Sequence record: SRR20825006_20
Strand: one strand, 5' to 3'
DNA: 32,939 nt
Shown: piece after piece, positions 16,756-26,047 of the stretch
How the letters are laid out: every line of letters starts with the position of its first letter
Numbering within the stretch: the first letter of the stretch is position 1
The notes under the pieces: generated by a model
Told to the model about the DNA's origin: nothing
Databases searched by the model: none
Seen by the model: the letters and a program-made list of their open reading frames with translations, nothing else
Position numbers and translations under genes: made by a program

Positions 16756-18714
16756 ATGGCATCATCGTATAAAACGCCCGGAGTATATGTAGAAGAAATA
16801 TCAGTATTTCCTCCTTCGGTAGCGCAGGTTGAGACCGCTATTCCCGCATTTATAGGGTATACTAATAAAGTTTCTCATAAAACTGAACAAGATTTGCTTT
16901 TGACACCTAAGAAAATAGGCTCTATGTTAGAGTTTGTTTCCCTTTATGGAGGTGCACCCGAAGCAAATATTAACGATATTCAGTTAACAGCATCAAAATC
17001 AGTTGCTTCATTTACTATAGAAGACACGTATTATTTATATGATGCGTTGAGACTTTTCTATGCAAATGGTGGCGGTGATTGCTATATCGTAAGTGTAGGT
17101 AAATGCGGTGAAGATAGTATCGCATTAACAGCTTTGGAAAATGGCTTAGCCAGAATCGCAAAGGTAGATGAACCTACTATTTTAGTTTCTCCCGATGCCT
17201 GTTTATTAGATCAAGATAAATTAGACTCCTTTAATCAAGCTTTACTGAAACAATGCGGGAAATTAGGCGATCGCTTTGCCCTATTAGGTATTAAAAATGA
17301 TAACGAAAATCTCGAGGTAGATATAAATGCTTTTAGAAATGGCGTGGGTATGAACAGCCTAAAATATGGAGCAGCCTACACGCCTTGGTTAAAAGCAAAT
17401 TTGCCGCGAACGGTGCATTATAAAAGCTTAAAAGGAAAAATAAGTTTAGGAGGCATATCGATTAACTTGGCCGACTTGATTCAAGATGCAGATGCCAAAA
17501 GTCTTGCTAATCAACTTGATGAACTCATAGATGACAGCGCACTCATAACAGATAAACTGAATGACCTTGCCGACTCTAGTTCCTCGGTTGATAATCAATA
17601 TCAAGAGTTGCTTACTACGGTCACAACAAGTTCATCTATTGGAAACCTTGTTAGTCTCCTTCAGTTCTATGCCGATGCAATTGATTTTATACGAGATATT
17701 GTTGAAGTGGGAACCGATAATTATAAATTGAAACACACTTCAGCAACGGCTCCTGACCAAGCCTTACAACCGCATTTAAATTTGGTATTTAATACAAGTT
17801 TGACTAGTGGCAGTATACATTCCATCACAGAGACGATTTCAGACATTCTTGCTGATTTTAATGCTGAATATGATCCTGACCGTACTGTAACTTCTACCAC
17901 AGGTGTAGATTATGGTAGTGGCGGCATCGGAACCTATTTCCAAGGAGGTGAAACACAAACTTTTTACATAGCAGAATTATTACCTACAGTGAGCGCTTTC
18001 TACACTGAAATTAAATCGGCATTAGACTATATCAGCAGCACTACGGCAAATTATTTAAGCACCTACGAAACCGCCGCAACCGAAATGATTCCGGCTCTAA
18101 AATCAATCAAAAATGCGATTGCAGGAGAATACATCGTACTACCACCTGGTGCAGCAATCGCAGGAGTTTATGCACGAACAGATGCTAACCGCGGTGTATG
18201 GAAAGCTCCAGCCAACACTTCTTTAAATAGTGTTGTGGGTGTGACACACCTTATAGATCACGACGATCAGCAAGGCTTGAATGTAGATACCGTTGCCGGA
18301 AAATCTATAAATGCTATTAGACCCTTTACCGGAAAAGGTATTATGGTTTGGGGTGCACGTACCCTTGCCGGTAATGATAATGAATGGCGTTATGTTCCTG
18401 TACGTCGCTTTTTCAATATGGTTGAAGAATCGGTTAAAAAAGCAACTGAACAGTTTGTTTTTGAAAGTAACGACGCAAACACTTGGGTTAAAGTACGCGC
18501 GATGATCGAAAACTTTTTAAATCTTCAATGGCGTGCCGGAGCTCTAGCCGGAGCAAAACCTAACGACGCTTTTTATGTTCGTGTAGGGCTTGGAGAAACG
18601 ATGACCGCCGAAGATATCTTAAATGGTATTATGGCGATCGAAATTGGTGTGGCAGTAGTACGACCTGCAGAATTCATCATCCTGAAATTCTCTCATAAAA
18701 TGCAGGAATCATAA
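16756..18714 (+). CDS. Contractile tail sheath protein
   Basis: YKTPGVYVEE, TAIPAFIGYT, FYANGGG.CYIVSVG, LPP..AIAGVYARTD..RGVWKAPAN, VWGARTL, WRYVPVRR, FVFESND, AVVRPAEFIILKF. Confidence 0.96.
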   Translation: MASSYKTPGVYVEEISVFPPSVAQVETAIPAFIGYTNKVSHKTEQDLLLTPKKIGSMLEFVSLYGGAPEANINDIQLTASKSVASFTIEDTYYLYDALRLFYANGGGDCYIVSVGKCGEDSIALTALENGLARIAKVDEPTILVSPDACLLDQDKLDSFNQALLKQCGKLGDRFALLGIKNDNENLEVDINAFRNGVGMNSLKYGAAYTPWLKANLPRTVHYKSLKGKISLGGISINLADLIQDADAKSLANQLDELIDDSALITDKLNDLADSSSSVDNQYQELLTTVTTSSSIGNLVSLLQFYADAIDFIRDIVEVGTDNYKLKHTSATAPDQALQPHLNLVFNTSLTSGSIHSITETISDILADFNAEYDPDRTVTSTTGVDYGSGGIGTYFQGGETQTFYIAELLPTVSAFYTEIKSALDYISSTTANYLSTYETAATEMIPALKSIKNAIAGEYIVLPPGAAIAGVYARTDANRGVWKAPANTSLNSVVGVTHLIDHDDQQGLNVDTVAGKSINAIRPFTGKGIMVWGARTLAGNDNEWRYVPVRRFFNMVEESVKKATEQFVFESNDANTWVKVRAMIENFLNLQWRAGALAGAKPNDAFYVRVGLGETMTAEDILNGIMAIEIGVAVVRPAEFIILKFSHKMQES

Positions 18715-18753
18715 AAAACAATCATCTAATCCTAGTAATTAAAAATCGTAAAA

Positions 18754-19191
18754 ATGGCAGCAATATATCCTTTAGCAAAATTTCATTTCCTCGTTGATTG
18801 GGGCGGAACAAATGTAGGTTTTACAGAAGTCTCCGGTCTTGATGTGGAAATTGAACCTATAGAATATAGACACGGAGCAAGCCCGGAATACAGCAAAACT
18901 AAAATGCCGGGAATGCAAAAATACAGCAACATCACGATGAAACGTGGTACCTTCTTGGCTGACAATGAATACTTCGCTTGGTGGAACAGTGTAAAACTCA
19001 ACACCATCGAACGGCGTGACATTACCATAAGTCTCCTAAATGAAGAGCACGCGCCTGTTGTTGTTTGGAAAGTCAAAAATGCATTTCCTATAAAAGTACA
19101 GTCAACAGATTTGAAATCTGACGCCAATGAAGTGGCTATAGAATCAATAGAGATTGTGCACGAAGGGCTTGAAATTCAAAACGGAGCATAA
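18754..19191 (+). CDS. Tail tube protein (T4 gp19-like, Afp1-like)
   Basis: YPLAKFHF.V, GFTEVSGL, IEYRHG, KMPG..KYSNITMKRG, RRDITISLLNE, VAIESIEIVHEG. Confidence 0.95.
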   Translation: MAAIYPLAKFHFLVDWGGTNVGFTEVSGLDVEIEPIEYRHGASPEYSKTKMPGMQKYSNITMKRGTFLADNEYFAWWNSVKLNTIERRDITISLLNEEHAPVVVWKVKNAFPIKVQSTDLKSDANEVAIESIEIVHEGLEIQNGA

Positions 19192-19625
19192 TGGCAGACT
19201 ACTATCCACCGGTTGGTTTTCACTTTAAAGTTGAATTTGGTGCGGTTTCTCCTGAAATCGATCATCAGTTTCAATCTGTGAGCGGACTTTCAGTAGATAT
19301 AGAAACGGAAGAGTATGCCGAAGGTGGAGAAAATAGGTTTAAGCACAAATTACCCGTTCGTACCAAGTTTCCTAATCTGGTCCTAAAACGCGGACTCGTA
19401 AGTGATTCGAAACTTATTAAATGGTGCAAAGACGCTGTAGAAAATTTTGATTTCAGTCCTACAGATGTAACGATCAAACTTTTGAATAATGAACACGAAC
19501 CTCTGGTGACCTGGAATGTAGTTCACGCGTATCCCGTAAAATGGTCAGTTTCAGATTTTAATGCAGAGCAGAACAGCATCGCTGTAGAAACCATAGAACT
19601 AGCGTATAACTATTTTAAATCTTGA
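19191..19625 (+). CDS. Second tail tube protein (Afp5-like)
   Basis: YYPPVGFHFKV, FQSVSGL, EGGENRF.HKLP, NLVLKRGL, AYPVKWSVSDFNA, VETIELAY; TAATG stop-start overlap with tube 1. Confidence 0.93.
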   Translation: MADYYPPVGFHFKVEFGAVSPEIDHQFQSVSGLSVDIETEEYAEGGENRFKHKLPVRTKFPNLVLKRGLVSDSKLIKWCKDAVENFDFSPTDVTIKLLNNEHEPLVTWNVVHAYPVKWSVSDFNAEQNSIAVETIELAYNYFKS

Positions 19626-19627
19626 TT

Positions 19628-19789
19628 ATGCCCATTGAAATTAAAGAATTGCATATCAAAATAAATGTTAGCGATAACGCCAACTCTACCGCTGCGACTT
19701 CGACAACCTCTTCTGCTAAAAAAGAAAAACTCATCGAAGCATGCATAGAACAAGTTATGCGTATTCAAGAACGAAAAAATGAACGATAA
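19628..19789 (+). CDS. Small eCIS protein, 53 aa (DUF5908 / Afp6-Alg6 plug-like); absent from the ORF track
   Basis: Read manually: MPIEIKELHIKINVSDNANSTAATSTTSSAKKEKLIEACIEQVMRIQERKNER*. Starts 2 nt after tube 2; its TAA abuts the next ATG at 19790. Confidence 0.85.
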   Translation: MPIEIKELHIKINVSDNANSTAATSTTSSAKKEKLIEACIEQVMRIQERKNER

Positions 19790-20485
19790 ATGGCCTTAGG
19801 AGAACTTTTTAAATTGAAGATCACCGCTTTTCGCGATATAAAATATAGCGAAAAAGTAGCTGATGGAGTTTTTACATCTCTGCTTAATCCAGAAAAATAC
19901 ACGCTGGCGTACAAAATTGAATACAATGATGATCAGGCTGCAGGGTCTAGTGGCAATGATCCCAGATTTGAAAAAATGCCACCAAAAGATCTTGATCTAG
20001 AATTTTTGTTTGATCGTACAGGCATAATTGCTCACAATCAAAATCAAGATAAAGACGCCGGAGTGGTCGATGATATTCAGCAATTTAAAGAAGTAGCATT
20101 TGAATATTCTGGGGATGAACATCGCCCTTATTATTTAGAAATCCGTTGGGGGAGTCTGCTTTTTAAAGGGATTTTAATTGAGATGAATATCGAATATAAA
20201 CTTTTTAATCCGCAAGGAACTCCGTTAAGAGCAGTCATCAAAGCCAAGTTTAAAGAAACAGTAGACCCTGAATTACGTTTGGCAGACGAAAACCGAAATT
20301 CACCAGATCTCACGCACATACGTATTGTAGAATCGGGAGATACGCTTCCGTTGATGGCCTTTCGCATTTATGGCGATTCCAAATACTATTTGCAAGTGGC
20401 TCAGGCAAACGGGATCACCAATTTTAGAACACTTAAACCCGGTCAGAAGATATTCTTCCCTCCTATTATAGAAAAAACCATTTGA
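19790..20485 (+). CDS. Tube initiator/hub protein with C-terminal LysM (Afp7-like)
   Basis: NPEKYT, FLFDRTG, WGSLLFKG, YKLFNPQGTPLRA, then SPDLTH.RIV.SGDTLPLMA..IYGD..YYLQVA.ANGI.NFR.LKPG LysM. Confidence 0.9.
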   Translation: MALGELFKLKITAFRDIKYSEKVADGVFTSLLNPEKYTLAYKIEYNDDQAAGSSGNDPRFEKMPPKDLDLEFLFDRTGIIAHNQNQDKDAGVVDDIQQFKEVAFEYSGDEHRPYYLEIRWGSLLFKGILIEMNIEYKLFNPQGTPLRAVIKAKFKETVDPELRLADENRNSPDLTHIRIVESGDTLPLMAFRIYGDSKYYLQVAQANGITNFRTLKPGQKIFFPPIIEKTI

Positions 20486-20497
20486 TGCATTAGTCAT

Positions 20498-22231
20498 ATG
20501 AACACTGCTACCGCACTAAATACAGGAATAGTTAGCTATAAGCTTTTGATCAATGGCACTGATAAAAGTGCTTCATTCTCGATCAAGTCTATGGTAATTC
20601 ATCACGAAGTTAATCGTATTCCTTATGCATCGATTATTCTGGTAGATGGTGATGTTTCTACCGGGACTTTTGCGGTCAGCTCTTCAGAAGATTTAATTCC
20701 GGGCAGCGAATTAGAAATCCAAGCGGGCTATGAAAATGATAATGTAAGCTTATTTACAGGTAAAGTTATTCGGCATAGTATAAAAATAAGAGAGTCTGTT
20801 TCTATGCTTGTCGTTGAGTGTAAACACGAGGCAGTTAAGCTTACCGTTGGCCCTAAAAGCACCTACTTTTATGATAGTTCTGATAGTGATATTATTGAAA
20901 GCATTCTTGGTAATGCAGGCATTAATGCATCGGTAGAGCAATCAAATTATAACCACCCTCAGCTTATTCAATATCAAACTACCGATTGGGACTTTATCGT
21001 ACTACGCGCTCAAATAAACGGATTTTTATGTTTTCTTGAAGGAAACACTATTGAATTCAAGAAGCCTGATCTTTCTACCGAAGCTGTAATCACGTTAGAA
21101 TACGGACTTAACATCTATGATTTTGACGGTGAAATAGACGCCCGAAATGCACTGAAAACCATCACATCCTATACTTGGAACAGCGGTGATCAAGAAGTAA
21201 TCGAAAAAGAAGCAAGTACATCTAACGCTTTAGAATTGGGAAATCTAACCCAAATAGATCTCGCTGAAATAGTAGATCTTGAAAATTTTAAACTCAACCA
21301 CGGCGGAAGTCTAACAGAAGAAGAACTTCAGGATTGGGCCGATGCTAAACTGCAACTTCATCTGTTGTCGCTTAATCGAGGGCGTATAAAAATTCAAGGG
21401 AATGCTTCGGTAAAACCGGGAATGAACGTAATTCTTAAAGGATTAGGCGATCGTTTTAATGGCAAAGCATACATTACCGCGGTACATCACGAGATCGCTA
21501 ATGGAAACTGGTTCACAAATCTTCAGTATGGCTTGAGTCCGCAATGGTTTAGTGAAACTTTTGAAGTAAATGCACAGCCGGCTTCTGGTATTATTCCGGC
21601 AATAAGCGGTTTACAAATTGGCAAAGTCACCCAATTACAGGATGATCCTGAGGGTGCCGAACGTGTTTTGGTCAAGATTCCAATCATCAACAATGCCGAA
21701 GAAGGGATTTGGGCACGTATTGCACTACTAGATGCCGGCTTAGATCGCGGATCCCTATTCCGCCCCGAGATCGATGACGAAGTTATACTAGGATTTATCA
21801 ATGACGATCCCAACGACGCTGTTATACTAGGCGCTTTACATAGTAGTATTAACACTGCACCAATCGAGGCAGCCGATGAGAATAATGAAAAAGGATTTTT
21901 TACGCGTAGCGGAATTCAATTTTTATTCAACGATGAAAAAAAATCAGTTTCCATCACCACACCAGGAGGTCGAAGCATAATCATCAATGATGACGACGAG
22001 GAAATTCATGTTGATGACAATGGCACTAGTAGTGTCAGCCTCACCAGTGACGGAATCGCTCTAGACAGCAGCGGTGCTATAACTATACAGGCTAAAGGCG
22101 ACCTTAATCTTGAGGGACAAAACATAAGCATAAAAGCACAACAAGAATTAAAAGCCGAAGGCGCAGCAGGAGCAGAATTATCAACCTCAGCCATCGCCGT
22201 TTTAAAAGGATCATTAGTTCAAATAAATTAA
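20498..22231 (+). CDS. VgrG-like spike protein (Afp8-like)
   Basis: VNRIP.A, QYQTTDWDF...RA..NG, GLQIGKVT, DP....RV.V, WARIA, FRPEIDDEVILGFINDDP...VILG OB-fold, beta-helix tail ending KGSLVQIN. Confidence 0.92.
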   Translation: MNTATALNTGIVSYKLLINGTDKSASFSIKSMVIHHEVNRIPYASIILVDGDVSTGTFAVSSSEDLIPGSELEIQAGYENDNVSLFTGKVIRHSIKIRESVSMLVVECKHEAVKLTVGPKSTYFYDSSDSDIIESILGNAGINASVEQSNYNHPQLIQYQTTDWDFIVLRAQINGFLCFLEGNTIEFKKPDLSTEAVITLEYGLNIYDFDGEIDARNALKTITSYTWNSGDQEVIEKEASTSNALELGNLTQIDLAEIVDLENFKLNHGGSLTEEELQDWADAKLQLHLLSLNRGRIKIQGNASVKPGMNVILKGLGDRFNGKAYITAVHHEIANGNWFTNLQYGLSPQWFSETFEVNAQPASGIIPAISGLQIGKVTQLQDDPEGAERVLVKIPIINNAEEGIWARIALLDAGLDRGSLFRPEIDDEVILGFINDDPNDAVILGALHSSINTAPIEAADENNEKGFFTRSGIQFLFNDEKKSVSITTPGGRSIIINDDDEEIHVDDNGTSSVSLTSDGIALDSSGAITIQAKGDLNLEGQNISIKAQQELKAEGAAGAELSTSAIAVLKGSLVQIN

Positions 22232-22235
22232 ACCT

Positions 22236-22535
22236 ATGCCACTTGCAGCAAGACTTAACGATATGCATACCTGCCCGATGCAAACGCCGGGAACGCCACC
22301 TGTTCCGCACGTGGGCGGGCCTATAATTGGGCCGGGAGAGCCTACCGTGCTTATTGAAGGAGTGCCGGCAGCTCGCGTTGGCGACAATGCAGTTTGTGTA
22401 GGGCCACCTGATGTAATCGCTTCTGGGTCTACAAGTGTTTTAATTGGCGGAATGCCGGCAGCACGTATGGGAGATTCAACGGCACACGGCGGAACAATTT
22501 CTATAGGAGCTCCAACTGTTGATATTGGCGGTTAA
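22236..22535 (+). CDS. PAAR-repeat spike tip protein
   Basis: LAARLNDMHTCP, PHVGGPI, PAARVGD, PAARMGDSTAHGG. Confidence 0.96.
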   Translation: MPLAARLNDMHTCPMQTPGTPPVPHVGGPIIGPGEPTVLIEGVPAARVGDNAVCVGPPDVIASGSTSVLIGGMPAARMGDSTAHGGTISIGAPTVDIGG

Positions 22536-22547
22536 AAATAGTGAATT

Positions 22548-22961
22548 ATGAAAATTGAAGAATCATTTTTAGGTATAGGATGGAGTTTCCCTCCGGAGTT
22601 TAATAAAGAAACTAAAAGTATCCAAATGGTTTCTGCTATTGAAGACATCAATCAAAGTCTTCATATTCTTCTGAATACTAAATTGGGAGAACGCATTATG
22701 CTTCCTAATTATGGTTCAAGCTTAAGTGATTTTGTTTTTGAAGGACTAAATATGAGCACACGCACCTACATCGTAGACCGGGTGAAAATGGCCATCCTGT
22801 ATAATGAAAGACGTATTGAACTGGATAAGATCGATTTTGATCAATCAAGAATTCTAGAGGGTGAAGTACTCATGATTGTGCAGTACACCGTGCGTTTAAC
22901 CAATTCGCGTGGCAATATGGTTTATCCCTTTTACATCAATGAAGGAACTGAATTAAAATAA
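22548..22961 (+). CDS. GPW/gp25 baseplate wedge protein (Afp9-like)
   Basis: FLGIGWSFPP.F, DINQSL.ILL.T..GERIM.P.YG, E.RI, TNSRGNMVYPFY..EGT. Confidence 0.93.
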   Translation: MKIEESFLGIGWSFPPEFNKETKSIQMVSAIEDINQSLHILLNTKLGERIMLPNYGSSLSDFVFEGLNMSTRTYIVDRVKMAILYNERRIELDKIDFDQSRILEGEVLMIVQYTVRLTNSRGNMVYPFYINEGTELK

Positions 22962-22963
22962 TT

Positions 22964-25900
22964 ATGAGTACCAATTGTATCAACCCTTTTTTGAATGCGC
23001 TAAGCGGAACATCTCAAGAAGATAGAACTGCCGCAGCCCCCTATCCTGCTTCAGTTCAACTGAATGACTTGTCTTGGGAGGATTATATGCAATTGGCTTA
23101 CAATTTTACCAAAGAGGTTAAGTACTTCGGTACTCGTAACCCGGAACAAGCTATAGGCGATTGGCAAAACTTTTTTATTTCAGGCGATGCCAAGACGCTT
23201 CAAAATTACTTAGAGCAAGGTGAAAAGGAACATACCATTACACCGCACTTAGCCCTGTTTATTTCTTTTTTAAGATTATTAGAACATTCTAAAAATCGGT
23301 TTAATACGATCACTACTAGACATCTGGATTTTTACTATTCTGAAGTTTTAAAGATCGCCAAGAAACCCGCTCAAAACGATCAGGTTCATTTACTATTTGA
23401 ACTCGCTAAAAATATAGAGTCCTATGCGTTACCTGAGGTTACCCAAGCCGTTGCAGGAAAAGACGAGCACAATAAGCCGCTTCTCTACGCAACTGAGCAC
23501 ACCACAGTCATAAACAAGGCTCAGCTCGCTAATATTAGAAGCATTTGTAAAGATCCTATAACTAAAGTACTTAAGGCAACCCAAAAAACCAATACGCTAG
23601 ATGGTATAGATCAAGAACTTAAAGAAGAAAAATTTTGGATGCCCTTTGGCTATCCTAAAATATTTAAAAACCGTCCTGAATTACCCAATGCTACTTTAGG
23701 TTTTGCTGTGGCTGCCACCGTACTGAACATGGAATCCGGACTGCGTCAAGTGCGTATTTCAACCTTCTATAAAGAAAACAAAAAGCTTGTTAGTGAGGAG
23801 TTGATTAATTTATTTGAAGTTTTTGTCACCGGTGAAAAAGGCTGGATCGGTCCAATTAGATTACAAGAAAAAGGAAGTTATCCGGGCTTTGAAACCTCAT
23901 CAGAATCTGGTATTATCAATTTTGCTTTTAGTTTAGAAGCTTCGGAAAAAGCAATTATTGGCTTTGATGAGGCAATTCATACTGGAAATTTTAAAAATGG
24001 AATTCCGGTAGTGAAACTGCAGTTACCCATAAATTCTACAGAATCTTATAATCTTGCCCAATCGCTAAGTGAATTAACTTTAGATGATATCGAAATTGCC
24101 GTGGCGGTTGATGGACTCACAACGCTTGATTTAAGTAATGACATCGGGAATTTAAGTGCATCAAAACCGTTTTATCCTTTTGGGCCTAGACCATTTGAAA
24201 AGTCCCGTTTTAAAATAAAATGCTCTGAACTTACAACCAAGAATTGGCATCAAATTAACCTTAGGCTTAACTGGCTTAATCTACCTCAAAGCTTTAGCGA
24301 TCATTATTTAGGATACCGAAGCGGCACCATCAATTCTACGCGCGCTTTTGTGGAAAGTATTTATAAGATTGGCAGTAAAACCGAAGTTACAGAGTTAGCT
24401 AAACTTCCCAAAACTTGGAATTCTGATCTTGATAATCTCATTGTTGAGAGTAACGACCATTTTACTGCACAGATTACTATAGCAGATGAGAACAGACTTT
24501 TTACCACTTCTCAACCTAAAGATGCGCATCCGTTATTTTCTGATGACGCATCTCAAACCGATATCAACATTAAAAGTCTGAGTGAAAACGGAATCCAATC
24601 TGGCGCACATCCTATTGAACTTACTTTAAATACAAGTTTTTATCATACACTCTATCCTAAACTTTACGCACTGGCTTTGGCTGCTCAAGATCCAGAGGTA
24701 ATTATTCCTAACGAGCCTTACACCCCACTTCTGGAATCGTTAGAACTCAGTTATTACGCTACACAACGATTAGACCTTACCTCAAATAAGAAAGCAGAGG
24801 AAACTGATCAGCAACTAAATTTTTATCAAATTCATCCATATGGCGTTTCAATGGGTAATACGGTGTTTCCTCAATACGAGGAAGGAGGATATCTTTATTT
24901 AGCTCTTGAAAATGCCCAGCCCGGAGCGCAGGTAAGCGTTTTGTTTCAGCTTCAAGAGGGAACAGAAAATCCTTTGAAAGAATCGTTTGCAGAACAAGAA
25001 AAAATTGAATGGTCAGTACTTACTGCTTCGGGTTGGCAAGCATTAACCGATCAAGAAATCCTTCGGGAAGAAACAGACAATTTTCTAAAAACCGGAATTA
25101 TTACACTGGCCTTGCCTGAATCGGCTTCAACCGAGAGTCTTTTAATGCCTAAAGGATTTATTTGGTTACAAGCGCATACTTCTAGAGCCTTTGATGTAGT
25201 GTGTAGGTTTATAAACATTCATACTCAGGTTGTAAAAGCTCATTTAGCTTCCTCAAGTATTCAGCATTTAAAAAATGGTTTGCCTGCAGAAAGCATTAGC
25301 AAATTAAACACGCGTGTTGCTTCCGTTAAAAAAGTAATGCAACCCTATTCTAGCTTCAATGGAAGAACTAAAGAGTCCCAAGCTGATTATTACAGAAGAG
25401 TAAGTGAACGCCTACGCCATAAAGATCGCGCATTGAATCTCTGGGATTATGAACATCTGGTGCTACAGAACTTCCCGGAAGTTTATAAGGTAAAATGTTT
25501 AAACCATACGTGTAAAACTAAATTTAAAGCAGCGGGGCAAGTCACATTAGTGGTCATTCCTAATACGATAAACAAACCCGTTTTTGACCTGTTTGAGCCT
25601 AGATGCAGTACTGCCAAATTGAATGAAATTCAAGAATTTTTAATTGAACGAACGTCGTATTTCATCACGCCGCAAATAATCAATCCGCAGTATGAGCCTG
25701 TAAGTGTTGCTCTCAAAGTGAAATTTCATATAGGTTATGACGAGCATCACTATAAAAATGAATTACAGGAAGCTGTAAAAAAATGGCTTTCGCCTTGGGC
25801 TTATGAAGAGGTTTCCCTGCTAACATTTGGCGTGTCTATTAATAAAAGTATGCTTATAAGTCATCTTGAACAATTAAGCTATGTAGACTATTTGAGCGAT

Positions 25901-26047
25901 GTAGTTTTAATGCATCAGGCAACACCAAAAAATGAAATCGTCCCCTCTTCTCCAAAAGCTATATTAGTTTCTGCCAAAACACACACTATTGAGTTGGCAA
26001 AAAGCACGTGTAAGTCTAACGAAAATACTGTTCTAGTCTCATGTTAG
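22964..26047 (+). CDS. Baseplate J/gp6-like protein (Afp11-like)
   Basis: PHLALF..FL.L, HLDFYY..VL, PF.PFG..P, QPYSSFNGR..E...YYRRVSERLRHKDRA...WDYEHLVLQ.FP.VYKVKCLNH. Confidence 0.9.
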   Translation: MSTNCINPFLNALSGTSQEDRTAAAPYPASVQLNDLSWEDYMQLAYNFTKEVKYFGTRNPEQAIGDWQNFFISGDAKTLQNYLEQGEKEHTITPHLALFISFLRLLEHSKNRFNTITTRHLDFYYSEVLKIAKKPAQNDQVHLLFELAKNIESYALPEVTQAVAGKDEHNKPLLYATEHTTVINKAQLANIRSICKDPITKVLKATQKTNTLDGIDQELKEEKFWMPFGYPKIFKNRPELPNATLGFAVAATVLNMESGLRQVRISTFYKENKKLVSEELINLFEVFVTGEKGWIGPIRLQEKGSYPGFETSSESGIINFAFSLEASEKAIIGFDEAIHTGNFKNGIPVVKLQLPINSTESYNLAQSLSELTLDDIEIAVAVDGLTTLDLSNDIGNLSASKPFYPFGPRPFEKSRFKIKCSELTTKNWHQINLRLNWLNLPQSFSDHYLGYRSGTINSTRAFVESIYKIGSKTEVTELAKLPKTWNSDLDNLIVESNDHFTAQITIADENRLFTTSQPKDAHPLFSDDASQTDINIKSLSENGIQSGAHPIELTLNTSFYHTLYPKLYALALAAQDPEVIIPNEPYTPLLESLELSYYATQRLDLTSNKKAEETDQQLNFYQIHPYGVSMGNTVFPQYEEGGYLYLALENAQPGAQVSVLFQLQEGTENPLKESFAEQEKIEWSVLTASGWQALTDQEILREETDNFLKTGIITLALPESASTESLLMPKGFIWLQAHTSRAFDVVCRFINIHTQVVKAHLASSSIQHLKNGLPAESISKLNTRVASVKKVMQPYSSFNGRTKESQADYYRRVSERLRHKDRALNLWDYEHLVLQNFPEVYKVKCLNHTCKTKFKAAGQVTLVVIPNTINKPVFDLFEPRCSTAKLNEIQEFLIERTSYFITPQIINPQYEPVSVALKVKFHIGYDEHHYKNELQEAVKKWLSPWAYEEVSLLTFGVSINKSMLISHLEQLSYVDYLSDVVLMHQATPKNEIVPSSPKAILVSAKTHTIELAKSTCKSNENTVLVSC

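Noticed and set aside
911-22310. Many 60-124 aa ORFs overlapping recognised genes (e.g. 4254-4628, 8320-8622, 10392-10754, 18783-19127, 21523-21855)
   Set aside because: They overlap well-supported CDSs in another frame or strand and show no recognisable motifs.
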